Below are positions 38,276 to 46,702 of a stretch of DNA of 64,000 nucleotides, in pieces. The DNA is from a virus. Below the pieces are notes generated by a model. That model was not told the DNA's origin and ran no database searches. It was given only the letters and a program-made list of their open reading frames with translations. Location: positions 2,808 through 66,807 of IMG/VR virus record IMGVR_UViG_3300005748_000026; one strand, given 5' to 3'. A program made the position numbers and the translations under genes. The first letter of the stretch is position 1. Every line of letters starts with the position of its first letter.

Positions 38276-38599
38276 TATATACTTATCAAATATATGCTTA
38301 TAGTCTTTATCTAAGGCAAAAGGTATTTCCACTCCTTTTCTTTTTAATTCTTCATGGGTGTGGAGTATTGTTAAAGCAAATCTAGCTAACTCTTCATCAG
38401 CTACCTTAAAACAATTAACCAACCTTTTCATCTCTTGTAACTTATACTCTCTCTTATTAAAGTCTGATTGGCTTAACAACCTTTGATTCAACTTACCCTG
38501 TATAGTCTCCCAAGACTTCTGAATCTTATACTCAAACTTTAGTATCTCTTGACTTAAAGATGTTGTGTCAATATTTCGTTGACTTTCCGTTACTCCCAT
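38267..38599 (-). CDS. hypothetical protein
   Basis: 110 aa. Confidence 0.55.
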   Translation of the reverse strand: MGVTESQRNIDTTSLSQEILKFEYKIQKSWETIQGKLNQRLLSQSDFNKREYKLQEMKRLVNCFKVADEELARFALTILHTHEELKRKGVEIPFALDKDYKHIFDKYILE

Positions 38600-38822
38600 T
38601 TCTTGCTCTGTTTTTAGATTTGTTCTCTAATACATATCCACCAGACTTAGTATGACTTACATCATCACCACCTTTGCCCATAACACCCCTCTTCCTACGC
38701 TCCTTATTTAGTTGCGCTCTATATTTACGTCTCTTAGCTGTGCTATGGTACTTCTTATCGTAGGCAGCTTTCTTTTTCCTAGCCTCTGGATTCTCTTTAT
38801 AATATTTCGCTGATTTCTTCAT
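38568..38822 (-). CDS. small basic protein, degenerate HNH-like
   Basis: GGDDVSHTKSGG...KNRARNG. Confidence 0.55.
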   Translation of the reverse strand: MKKSAKYYKENPEARKKKAAYDKKYHSTAKRRKYRAQLNKERRKRGVMGKGGDDVSHTKSGGYVLENKSKNRARNGSNGKSTKY

Positions 38823-38834
38823 CTAACAAAGATA

Positions 38835-39977
38835 CTACTTAACAGCAAAATACTCTCTAGCTCTATGCTCATCCTTCCTTTTAAATACTACCTCTCCTTC
38901 TTCTCCATACTCTTCCCAATTCATTCTTTGATTATCCTTTAAGGCTTGGAGTAGCTTGTTTTTTAGCTCAGACTTCTTGTTGCGCATCTGAGTTTCTAAA
39001 TCTTTCACCTCAATATACTCGTTCCTAATTTTCAATGTATCTAAGTCTCCTTGAATAACAGACTCTTCTTCAATATTCTTCCACTTATCTTTTAAGAACT
39101 TCTCTTCATTCTCACCGCCTTGTGCTATTGGCTCGTTAGAGTAAATTCTACTCATAATCTCAGCTCTAATATCAGCGTCTTCATTCTCATCATACAAGCT
39201 ATAAAGCTCTCTGCATAATTGTACGTTATCCCAAAATTCTTTCGCTTTTAATAACACCTCAGCTACATCATCCTCTGTAATAGTTACAGATTGAACCTTA
39301 AACTCTCTCTCTACTAAGTATGCTATTTCTCCATAGTCTACCTCCATTACTATACATTGCTCCTTTATCTGGTCAAAGTAGTTTGGCGGAAGTCCTGCTT
39401 CGTACATATCTGATACTATCTTTTTGATAGCCTTACACTCTACAGGGAATGGGTGTGGTATGTTGCTTCCTGTAAATGGGCTTTCTTGATTACCATGAGC
39501 CATGTAGTCAATAGACGCGGATAAGTAAGGGAATTTAGTGTTTACCGCAAAGCAATTAATGTTACGTAACTTTCTTACTTCAACACTATTTACAATGTTA
39601 TCTATCCAAGACTCCACACCATCATAATGCTCCCAATACTTTCCAATTATAGGCTCTGCAAATCTTCCGTATATAGTATCTGCATTATTGAATTGAGGTG
39701 GTATCTCTTTAAACACTTTCTCATGCCATACTTTTAGAGTAGAACCATACTTATTATTCCCAAGTACTGTACCTATCTCAGAACTTCCAATTACTTCTGT
39801 TCTAAAGTCAAGCCAATCATAATTAATGTTATTTGTACCTTCTATAAATTGAGGGATGTAAAATCCCCATACTGTACCTTTAATTCTCTTTGCATATCCT
39901 GAGAATCTTTCTAAGTGTGATAATTCTTCTGGTAGTTTCATAATATTTAGGTATTTACCCCAAGTTATTTGTGACAC
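38835..39977 (-). CDS. YqaJ/lambda-exonuclease-family recombination nuclease
   Basis: WL.FR...IGSSEIG.VLG, YLSASID, VECK, then Q. Confidence 0.85.
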   Translation of the reverse strand: MSQITWGKYLNIMKLPEELSHLERFSGYAKRIKGTVWGFYIPQFIEGTNNINYDWLDFRTEVIGSSEIGTVLGNNKYGSTLKVWHEKVFKEIPPQFNNADTIYGRFAEPIIGKYWEHYDGVESWIDNIVNSVEVRKLRNINCFAVNTKFPYLSASIDYMAHGNQESPFTGSNIPHPFPVECKAIKKIVSDMYEAGLPPNYFDQIKEQCIVMEVDYGEIAYLVEREFKVQSVTITEDDVAEVLLKAKEFWDNVQLCRELYSLYDENEDADIRAEIMSRIYSNEPIAQGGENEEKFLKDKWKNIEEESVIQGDLDTLKIRNEYIEVKDLETQMRNKKSELKNKLLQALKDNQRMNWEEYGEEGEVVFKRKDEHRAREYFAVK

Positions 39978-40002
39978 TTGGGAGTTTTAATGTTCTTTCG
40001 TA

Positions 40003-40046
40003 TTGATTATCAATTAGTTATAGTAGGTGTAATATATATGTTAGTT
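40003..40046 (-). other. attI-like site, copy 2
   Basis: exact reverse complement of 36186-36229; abuts array C. Confidence 0.8.
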
Positions 40047-40048
40047 AT

Positions 40049-40438
40049 CTACAAGGCTAACTTTGTGCTATCATAAAGAATATTTCCCAACTTAATACAA
40101 AAACGCACTTCATCATCTGCACCCCATTCTTTATTTCCTTTACCAATTCTTATTCCATCAAATTCAACTACCATTGTAGGTGCGTTTTTTGCGTAACCGT
40201 TTTTAAAAACAATTTTATCATAAGGTATAAAGGCGTGGAATGGCTCTTGTAAACTCATATCTTTTAATCGCTTAATCCAGTAGTCTTTTATTTCTCTATA
40301 TTCTTCTTTCTTCACGCCTTTTGAAATCATATCGAACCATTGTTTTTTAAGGGTCATGTGTAAAATCCGCCCAGTAGATAACAATGTATATAATTCAGGC
40401 TGTGCATCTGCTTTTTTATAATCTTCTGTACTTATCAT
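40049..40438 (-). CDS. cassette C1 ASCH/PUA-like domain protein
   Basis: LHMTLKKQWFDMI.KG.KKEEYRE...YW..RL ... F.NGY. Confidence 0.75.
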   Translation of the reverse strand: MISTEDYKKADAQPELYTLLSTGRILHMTLKKQWFDMISKGVKKEEYREIKDYWIKRLKDMSLQEPFHAFIPYDKIVFKNGYAKNAPTMVVEFDGIRIGKGNKEWGADDEVRFCIKLGNILYDSTKLAL

Positions 40439-40508
40439 AGTTTTGTATTTATCTGTTATTTAATGGCTTTAAAAACGCCCGAAATCATATACTCAACGTT
40501 ACCCACCA

Positions 40509-40715
40509 TTAGAGTCCCTGTTCTAAGGCGAGTTTGGCAGCTTCACCCTCTTTGAGCATTTTCTTTAATCCTTTAAGGTCGTCTTGCCACGCATGGTCAG
40601 ATTGATACTCGCCACTTGCTTTATGCTTTCCATTTATAGTAATACTATAATCGAATGTGTAGTACCATTGGTCGGTATCTATGTTTGTAATCTCTACTTC
40701 TATTGTTGTTTTCAT
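40509..40715 (-). CDS. cassette C2 hypothetical protein
   Basis: 68 aa, fills the cassette body. Confidence 0.7.
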   Translation of the reverse strand: MKTTIEVEITNIDTDQWYYTFDYSITINGKHKASGEYQSDHAWQDDLKGLKKMLKEGEAAKLALEQGL

Positions 40716-40798
40716 TTCTTAAATTTTAACGGTGGGTAACACTATATAAAAACAAGTTCGTACCTCACCAGATTTTTATACTCAACGTTGTGTGTAAT

Positions 40799-40885
40799 AG
40801 GTGGGGATTGGATTCGAACCAATGCAAGTACCAACCATTTTTCAGGTCATTCCTACCACAGGTCAATTACGGTAAACGCCCACCT
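40799..40885 (-). ncRNA. cassette C3: tRNA-like RNA
   Basis: minus strand AGGTGGG...ATTGG-TTCGAAT-CCAAT-CCCCACCT; D and anticodon regions are irregular. Confidence 0.55.
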
Positions 40886-40931
40886 ACTACTAAGCCTTTC
40901 GGCACACAACAAAAGCTATAAATAATAAATA

Positions 40932-41081
40932 TTACTTACCATTTTTGTAAATAAAATGCAGAAGCAACCAACCAAAGGCATATCCCTTTATAACATCTTT
41001 GTCCCATTTTGTACCAACACTAGCCCAATATGGTAGTATACTTATTTGTGGTTTTAATTCTAAATAAAATCTAACTTTCAT
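40932..41081 (-). CDS. 49-aa ORF nested inside an attC-like loop
   Basis: translated by hand: MKVRFYLELKPQISILPYWASVGTKWDKDVIKGYAFGWLLLHFIYKNGK. Confidence 0.5.
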   Translation of the reverse strand: MKVRFYLELKPQISILPYWASVGTKWDKDVIKGYAFGWLLLHFIYKNGK

Positions 41082-41133
41082 ATTTCGTAATTTTTAAAAT
41101 TCATAGCCAAATACGTTGTAGGCAATAGCCTTG

Positions 41134-41382
41134 CTAAAGTTCTTCACCGCATTTAAGACATTTGTTTATTTCCCCATTGCATTTACTCATTACCGAAGCA
41201 AAAGGGTGTTCGCAAGGCAACTGTTCGCTTTGCCCTACAACACTGTGTAAACGTAATTGCTCAAGCATATAATCGTAAGCAGTATCGTTTATTTGTTGTC
41301 GCTTTTCTATTGGTACTTCTGCTAAATCAAATAGCTGTGCTAATATTCCAATCGCTTGTTTTTCTAATTTGTTTTTATCCAT
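41134..41382 (-). CDS. cassette C4 hypothetical protein with C-terminal Cys cluster
   Basis: starts in the hairpin loop and reads through the site (LRLHSVVGQSEQL); CEH...C....CLKC. Confidence 0.65.
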   Translation of the reverse strand: MDKNKLEKQAIGILAQLFDLAEVPIEKRQQINDTAYDYMLEQLRLHSVVGQSEQLPCEHPFASVMSKCNGEINKCLKCGEEL

Positions 41383-41429
41383 AATATTCGTTTTTAATGT
41401 CGGTCAAAAACTACCCATATCTGTTTACG

Positions 41430-41684
41430 TTAATCAGATAGTTCTTTAGCTTTATTCTCATACCACTTAGCCTTTTCTAAATCTCTCTCTATAGGTTGGT
41501 GTGGCTTGTTTCCTAATCTAAGTCTATACTTAAATGCACACATCTCACAATGGGCTATGAACTTATCCTTTCCCCATACCTTTAACATCATTTCCCAAAC
41601 TTCTATACTTGAGTTCTTGTAATGCTCTGGATTGACATAATCATAGTTCTCACTATCAATATTCCTTGACATGAAATCTCCCAT
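41430..41684 (-). CDS. DUF3310 (SaV-like) protein
   Basis: VNPEHY..., AFKY..R.G.K....DLEKA.WY. Confidence 0.8.
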   Translation of the reverse strand: MGDFMSRNIDSENYDYVNPEHYKNSSIEVWEMMLKVWGKDKFIAHCEMCAFKYRLRLGNKPHQPIERDLEKAKWYENKAKELSD

Positions 41685-41685
41685 A

Positions 41686-42204
41686 CTAATTAAATCTTGG
41701 CTCTTGAAACGACAAAGACTTCATAACTTTTTTGTCTGACTCTCTTCTAACTATCCAAAAGCTGCCATTCCTTTGAATGTAACAATCTATCTTTTCATTA
41801 GGCTTATTTGGGTGAGTTCCGTTTCCGTATGCTTTTACAGTATTTCTTGCTTCATCTATAGTCTTACATAGCTTGGACATATTAGACTCGTAAACAGCCT
41901 CAGTAACGTCTTTAATATCTATATTGCAGCACTCCATTAACTGTATTAGACTAAACAATACATCAGCACCACCATCTTTAACTTCTCTTACGTTCCCCTC
42001 CATTAAAGCGGTCATCAATTCATCTACTTCCTCATTAAGCAAGTCAACACATGAATTAATTACATCATTTTCTGGCATGGATGGTCTGCCGTCTGATAGT
42101 TTTAATCCAAATACACTTCTCCAATGCCTTACTAAATCTACTACGTCTCTTTTCTCGTATTTACCTATTGTATTCATCTCTTCTGATTCTTGTGTTATGT
42201 TCAT
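41686..42204 (-). CDS. MazG-like/all-alpha NTP pyrophosphohydrolase
   Basis: LLNEEVDEL, DGGADV and VYESNMSK motifs. Confidence 0.8.
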   Translation of the reverse strand: MNITQESEEMNTIGKYEKRDVVDLVRHWRSVFGLKLSDGRPSMPENDVINSCVDLLNEEVDELMTALMEGNVREVKDGGADVLFSLIQLMECCNIDIKDVTEAVYESNMSKLCKTIDEARNTVKAYGNGTHPNKPNEKIDCYIQRNGSFWIVRRESDKKVMKSLSFQEPRFN

Positions 42205-42923
42205 ATACCGAAGGCTTGTATTGTATGTTTAAAAGGATTCCCTTCAATGTTTTTAACGGCATCAACCATATCAGATGCTATTTCTCTAATCTCTAACTGA
42301 GCTGCATCATCTCTCCTTAAACTTATAAAGTTGTAAAAGCAACTCATATTCATCATTACAGATAATGTTATTTGAGAGTTCATTGTCTTGAAGTACCTAG
42401 CAGATTCCTTTGCTCTTTTTCTGCCTAAAATTGGGGTTAATTCTTTTAATGACTGATGGTATAAGGCATTGCCTAACTTAGTGTACTCTTCTAAAACTTT
42501 ACTCCAATCAGTCCACCCTTTTCCATTTTTAAAATTTGTTGAAGTATCATCTCCGATGAGATAACCTTGAGTCATTGTTATAGGTAAATCACAAGTAATG
42601 CCTTTCCAATCTTTTGGAATGTAGTATTTATCATGCTTTAATTCCTTGTACCTAGCACTCTCTCCATTTATATTAGCTAAACGATGCTTGATGGCATGAA
42701 TATGTGAAGCCTGCTCGCATACTATATTAAACTCTACTATACCTCTTTCAAATGGAGATTTATGGGGATTGCCTGAACTATTGTTCCATAGTTTCTCATT
42801 AATAAGTACTCCAATTTCTTCATCTGTTTTAGAGTCTACCTCTATTTGAGTAGATGTCCAAGCTGCTCTTGCTATAGCTTTATCTCCACCATACCAACCT
42901 ATTAACTCAACTTCATTTACCAT
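42201..42923 (-). CDS. thyX: flavin-dependent thymidylate synthase
   Basis: HKSPFE, KHR....NGESARY and R....AQLEIREIA motifs. Confidence 0.88.
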   Translation of the reverse strand: MVNEVELIGWYGGDKAIARAAWTSTQIEVDSKTDEEIGVLINEKLWNNSSGNPHKSPFERGIVEFNIVCEQASHIHAIKHRLANINGESARYKELKHDKYYIPKDWKGITCDLPITMTQGYLIGDDTSTNFKNGKGWTDWSKVLEEYTKLGNALYHQSLKELTPILGRKRAKESARYFKTMNSQITLSVMMNMSCFYNFISLRRDDAAQLEIREIASDMVDAVKNIEGNPFKHTIQAFGI

Positions 42924-43126
42924 TCCTTTCTCAAGTATTTCCTTTTTATTTCTTCTGGGTCTCTTCCTTTCTTGTAACTGATTACCATACCATTAACCAC
43001 AATAGTCTCTAAATCATCTTCATTAACCTTAGATTTTAATTCCTCTAAGTAAATTCTTGAGGCTGATTTCTCTTCTTCCTGTTCGGTGTTCTTTATCATA
43101 GTATTAGATGTAAAAAGGGGCAGCAA
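42917..43126 (-). CDS. hypothetical protein
   Basis: short ORF; true start probably at MIKNTEQ. Confidence 0.5.
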   Translation of the reverse strand: MLPLFTSNTMIKNTEQEEEKSASRIYLEELKSKVNEDDLETIVVNGMVISYKKGRDPEEIKRKYLRKEW

Positions 43127-43146
43127 TACACCACCCCTTATTAGTA

Positions 43147-43425
43147 TTACTCAGCTTTCTCTTCTTCTACACTACTCTTTAGTTTAGAATTTAATTCCTC
43201 CAACTCTTTAGCTGCCTTAGCATAAAACTCTGACATCTGTGTTAAGAAGTCTGGATGAACTCGCATTTCAACTATGCTAAACTGAGGAACTAACTCAATA
43301 TCATTCTTTTTGTTTAACTCTGCTGATACGCTCTCTACTGTTTGAGATACATTTACATAAGGAGATAACCCTTTTTCTGTTTTTTCGTAAACAATTCCGT
43401 AAGATACTGTTCTTAAATGATTCAT
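43147..43425 (-). CDS. hypothetical protein
   Basis: 92 aa, coupled to the ERF gene. Confidence 0.6.
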   Translation of the reverse strand: MNHLRTVSYGIVYEKTEKGLSPYVNVSQTVESVSAELNKKNDIELVPQFSIVEMRVHPDFLTQMSEFYAKAAKELEELNSKLKSSVEEEKAE

Positions 43426-44078
43426 TTCTTTTTTGGTTTTGATATTAACGTTTTGAATTTTCTTTTCTCTGCATCTGTAGTTGATATAACATCGTCTATA
43501 GTTTTGTACTTACCTTCTGTTAAGCCTTCTATGTCTGATTCTTTATATCCTCCCTTCATTAGTAATGCAGTTAGTACTTCTTTTGCTCCCGCTTTTGGTG
43601 TGGCAGGTTGCTTTGGTGTGGCAGTTTTGTTTGAGTTTGATGTCCTATTCTTTAAGTCAGGGTCATTCTCATCAGTTGGAATACCAAACAAGTTAAGCCA
43701 AAAGTATCTTTGACCATAAGTGTAAGCAGAACCTACTCCTTGCTCCTCATTATTACAACCGCTTGAGAACCACGGAATCTCAACAGACTCATTATCCTCA
43801 GTATCAACGATAGTATATACCATTGATATAGTGTATAGGGTTTCGTGCTTAATTACCGTCTCTCCTGTTTTGTTGTTTATCTTCTCGCCAGTAACTACTC
43901 TTTCATAGCTAGAATCAACAACTCTTGGAAATACAAATAAATTATGCTTTTCCAATAAAGGATTTACTGTAGATAGTATGTTCATTCCACTTACATACTT
44001 GTATCCGTAACCAGACTTATCCTTCTTTAAGAACGGAAGTTCCCCTTTTACTTTTAATAACTTAGCGTGAACTGCCAT
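43422..44078 (-). CDS. ERF-family single-strand annealing protein
   Basis: YGYKY, GSAYTYGQRY..LNLFGI.TDE.DPD. Confidence 0.85.
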   Translation of the reverse strand: MAVHAKLLKVKGELPFLKKDKSGYGYKYVSGMNILSTVNPLLEKHNLFVFPRVVDSSYERVVTGEKINNKTGETVIKHETLYTISMVYTIVDTEDNESVEIPWFSSGCNNEEQGVGSAYTYGQRYFWLNLFGIPTDENDPDLKNRTSNSNKTATPKQPATPKAGAKEVLTALLMKGGYKESDIEGLTEGKYKTIDDVISTTDAEKRKFKTLISKPKKK

Positions 44079-44080
44079 GA

Positions 44081-44416
44081 TTAAAATGGTAAATCGTCCT
44101 CAGTTTCAGCTTGTGGTTGAATGTCGGCAGTTCCTCCAATCATCTGAACGCCTACTGCCTTCAAAGAATTAAAGTACTTTGTTCCATCTTTACCATCCCA
44201 CTTTCTACCTCCTACATAGAAAGCAACTTCTACTACAGAATTTAATTCTGCCTTGTCTACTTCACTTCCTTTTTCTCCCCACAATTCAAACTTAATGTGG
44301 TTTGGATAGTTAGAGTCTAGGTCTTTACCTAGAATAAACTCTGTCTTTGTAGTTTTACCTACTTGAATTGGGTCTTGAACTTCTAACAAGACTCCCTCGA
44401 TTTTAAACGGTGTCAT
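44081..44416 (-). CDS. DUF3127-type single-stranded DNA-binding protein
   Basis: V.F.VGGRKW.G....YFNSL; acidic DDLPF tail. Confidence 0.8.
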   Translation of the reverse strand: MTPFKIEGVLLEVQDPIQVGKTTKTEFILGKDLDSNYPNHIKFELWGEKGSEVDKAELNSVVEVAFYVGGRKWDGKDGTKYFNSLKAVGVQMIGGTADIQPQAETEDDLPF

Positions 44417-44419
44417 AAT

Positions 44420-44740
44420 TTACCTGTTTTGATTATATACTTGTTTTAACTTTTCTTTCTTGTCATACACCACACTCCAGTCACATTTCATTCTTTTAGC
44501 GTAAGCCTCTCTTTGAGCTATTGTTCCTGCATCTAAAAGGTTATGCTCCTCAAATGTCAAAAGCATGATGTTATCCTTGTTTAATCTTTCGGATGAATAG
44601 TACCCTTTGTTTAGAAGGTGAGCGAAATTACTTACGTTAAAGTATGGTAGATATATGCCAGACAACTCACTCTTATGAGGTCTTTCATTCCATATCTCTT
44701 TAAACATCTCTAACTCGCCTGTTTTCTTACGCCTTTTCAA
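44420..44740 (-). CDS. HNH-like small nuclease
   Basis: IWNERPH.SELSG...FAHLL.KG.Y....LN..NI.LL...EH. Confidence 0.55.
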   Translation of the reverse strand: MKRRKKTGELEMFKEIWNERPHKSELSGIYLPYFNVSNFAHLLNKGYYSSERLNKDNIMLLTFEEHNLLDAGTIAQREAYAKRMKCDWSVVYDKKEKLKQVYNQNR

Positions 44741-45326
44741 AAGCTAGTAATGTTCTGTTATCAACTCTCCAATAATGCTCTCCCTCTACTAATATATCGT
44801 AGTTAGGATGAGAACCGAAGTAACACTTATCTCCTGACTCTACTCCTTCCTCTTCCATTTCTGGGCTTGGGTGTGCCATGTTGCCATACTCCATTATATA
44901 CTCAGGCTTGTTTTCAACACCAACAATTCCACTATCACTTTCATAAATCTCTCTTTTAATAGGCTTAATCAAGTTCCAATTAGGCATAGTTATCAACTCA
45001 CCATCTCTAACTATGCAATATACAGAAGCACCTCTTATTTCATATAGAGTTTCGTTGTCAAACACTATTTGTTGGTCTTCTCTCAATCCATTATGAGTGA
45101 AATAGACCTTATCTCCTTCTTTAATTTGTGGTATCTTGGCTGTAGGATATTTTACAATACCAAATTGCCTTACGTACTTGTAATTAAATGGGTCAAATTT
45201 AGTGTCTATAACTAAATCTATCTCATTACCATCTTCGCCTTTTATTGAAACAGTATCGTTACGCTCTTTATCTACGTCAACGTATATGTATCCATTGATT
45301 GCTCTGAAATTCTCTGTTGTATTCAT
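44727..45326 (-). CDS. tandem GroES-like protein
   Basis: two GroES-like repeats (IKEGDKVYF; ESDSGIV..VESGDKCYF). Confidence 0.6.
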   Translation of the reverse strand: MNTTENFRAINGYIYVDVDKERNDTVSIKGEDGNEIDLVIDTKFDPFNYKYVRQFGIVKYPTAKIPQIKEGDKVYFTHNGLREDQQIVFDNETLYEIRGASVYCIVRDGELITMPNWNLIKPIKREIYESDSGIVGVENKPEYIMEYGNMAHPSPEMEEEGVESGDKCYFGSHPNYDILVEGEHYWRVDNRTLLAFEKA

Positions 45327-45363
45327 AACTTATTTTAGCTGCAATTTAAAAATAATATTCTAT

Positions 45364-45834
45364 CTACGAAAATCTATGTGACTTTTCTCTAAAATATCTA
45401 GCCCTAGTTTCTACTTGTATTTTTTTATCTAAATGTGTACCTATCTCTTGCCCTACTTCTATTGGGTCGTATCCTAACTTTAAATACTTTACAATGTCTT
45501 GCCCCTCATTATCTAAATACTTCTTCAACAACTCTACTTCCTCTCTCTTTTGTTGCCTTGTTAATTCGTATAATTCGGTGTCGGAGTCTGGGGTTAATGT
45601 TTCTTTATGTTGTGGTATGTTGCTTGCATACAAAGTACTATCCCACTCCCATTGATTTAAAACAGAAGTAGCTTCTTCTTCAATATCACACCACACCAGA
45701 TAGTCCTCGCAGTCAACTTTAATTACATTTCCATTCTGCACATGAACATCTAAGTCTAATGTATTACCATTAACATCAAACTTTACTGAGAAAACTTTAG
45801 TTGTAGTTTTTAGTATGTCAGATATTATTCTCAT
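45364..45834 (-). CDS. hypothetical protein
   Basis: 156 aa. Confidence 0.6.
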   Translation of the reverse strand: MRIISDILKTTTKVFSVKFDVNGNTLDLDVHVQNGNVIKVDCEDYLVWCDIEEEATSVLNQWEWDSTLYASNIPQHKETLTPDSDTELYELTRQQKREEVELLKKYLDNEGQDIVKYLKLGYDPIEVGQEIGTHLDKKIQVETRARYFREKSHRFS

Positions 45835-46319
45835 CGTATTTGCTTGCTTGTTGGTGATTTTTTTGTTGGCTTCTTCAACTCCATCATTCTTTTTACATCA
45901 GCCCTATAGTCTGTTGTGTAATATTTCTGGTTAATATACTTGGATAAACTAGCAGGCTCAGGAACGAAAGAACCTTCTTCCTTTTTAAGCTCTCTATACT
46001 TTAACTCAATAGCGTAGACTTTCCTTAGATGTGGAACTACCTTACTATAGTCTTTAATCTTCTTTTTAAGATTACTCCACTCTACATCTAATCCTCTCTT
46101 TGTTCCAATATACATTAGTCTGAATAAATTAAACTCTTGTTTAAGTTCTGATTCATTAGTCTCTTCTGTTTTAACGAATCCATATTTAGTTAGCTTAAAT
46201 GTTCCCTCAGAACTTACCCATTCATTATTTCCCATATCCATCATACCTAGATGTTGGGCTAAGTCTAAATAGCATTTGTTTTCGTACATGGTGTGGTGTG
46301 TTAAAATTAGAAAGCTCAA
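45831..46319 (-). CDS. putative replication-initiator-like protein
   Basis: F..F..MY..TKRG ... FVPEPASLSKYINQKYY resembles replisome-organiser C-termini; start uncertain. Confidence 0.45.
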   Translation of the reverse strand: MSFLILTHHTMYENKCYLDLAQHLGMMDMGNNEWVSSEGTFKLTKYGFVKTEETNESELKQEFNLFRLMYIGTKRGLDVEWSNLKKKIKDYSKVVPHLRKVYAIELKYRELKKEEGSFVPEPASLSKYINQKYYTTDYRADVKRMMELKKPTKKSPTSKQIR

Positions 46320-46352
46320 GAGTTAACTTTCTAAAATAAATATGTTAAATAC

Positions 46353-46396
46353 TTGATAGTTAGTTGGTTGGATTAGATGCACTATATATGTTAGTT
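46353..46396 (-). other. attI-like site, copy 3 (diverged)
   Basis: 33/44 ungapped identity to copy 1, first 14 nt identical. Confidence 0.75.
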
Positions 46397-46702
46397 AGTG
46401 GCAATTAAAATGACTAGCTACTACCTACGCCATATTTGGTATGCAGTTTTTTTGCTGCGTATATTTCTTGTTTTTGCTTTTCAGATATTTTTCTGTAAAA
46501 CGTTGAACGGTTTATACCAAATTTGGCTAAAGCATCACTTATATTCCATCCTTCTTCAACTAATTTAAGTATCGAAGAATAACTGCCACTAACACTATGT
46601 AAAGTGCATTGCGTAGTAGTTTTGTTTTTGTTTTTGCTCATAATATTTAAGTTTTATTCTTTGTTTAACATTGGTGCAGCAACGCACCTTACATTCAACG
46701 TT
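46394..46702 (-). mobile_element. integron-like array D (single cassette)
   Basis: GTTAGTGGCA 46394/TGCCACTAAC 46593; hairpin arms ATGTAAAGTGCATTGC/GCAACGCACCTTACAT ending at GTT 46700-46702. Confidence 0.85.
46414..46641 (-). CDS. cassette D1 HTH protein
   Basis: WNISDALAKFGINRSTFYRK; starts in the hairpin loop. Confidence 0.7.
   Translation of the reverse strand: MSKNKNKTTTQCTLHSVSGSYSSILKLVEEGWNISDALAKFGINRSTFYRKISEKQKQEIYAAKKLHTKYGVGSS

Larger units (their letters stand above)
40044..41431 (-). mobile_element. integron-like cassette array C (4 cassettes)
   Basis: Inverted-repeat pairs: GTTATCTAC 40044/GTAGATAAC 40382; GTTACCCACC 40498/GGTGGGTAAC 40740; GTTGTGTG 40787/CACACAAC 40910; GTTGTAGG 41115/CCTACAAC 41241. 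The last hairpin is degenerate and ends at GTT 41429-41431. Confidence 0.85.

Noticed and set aside
40799-40885. Canonical tRNA gene
   Set aside because: The D and anticodon arms do not fit the standard cloverleaf; it is kept only as tRNA-like.
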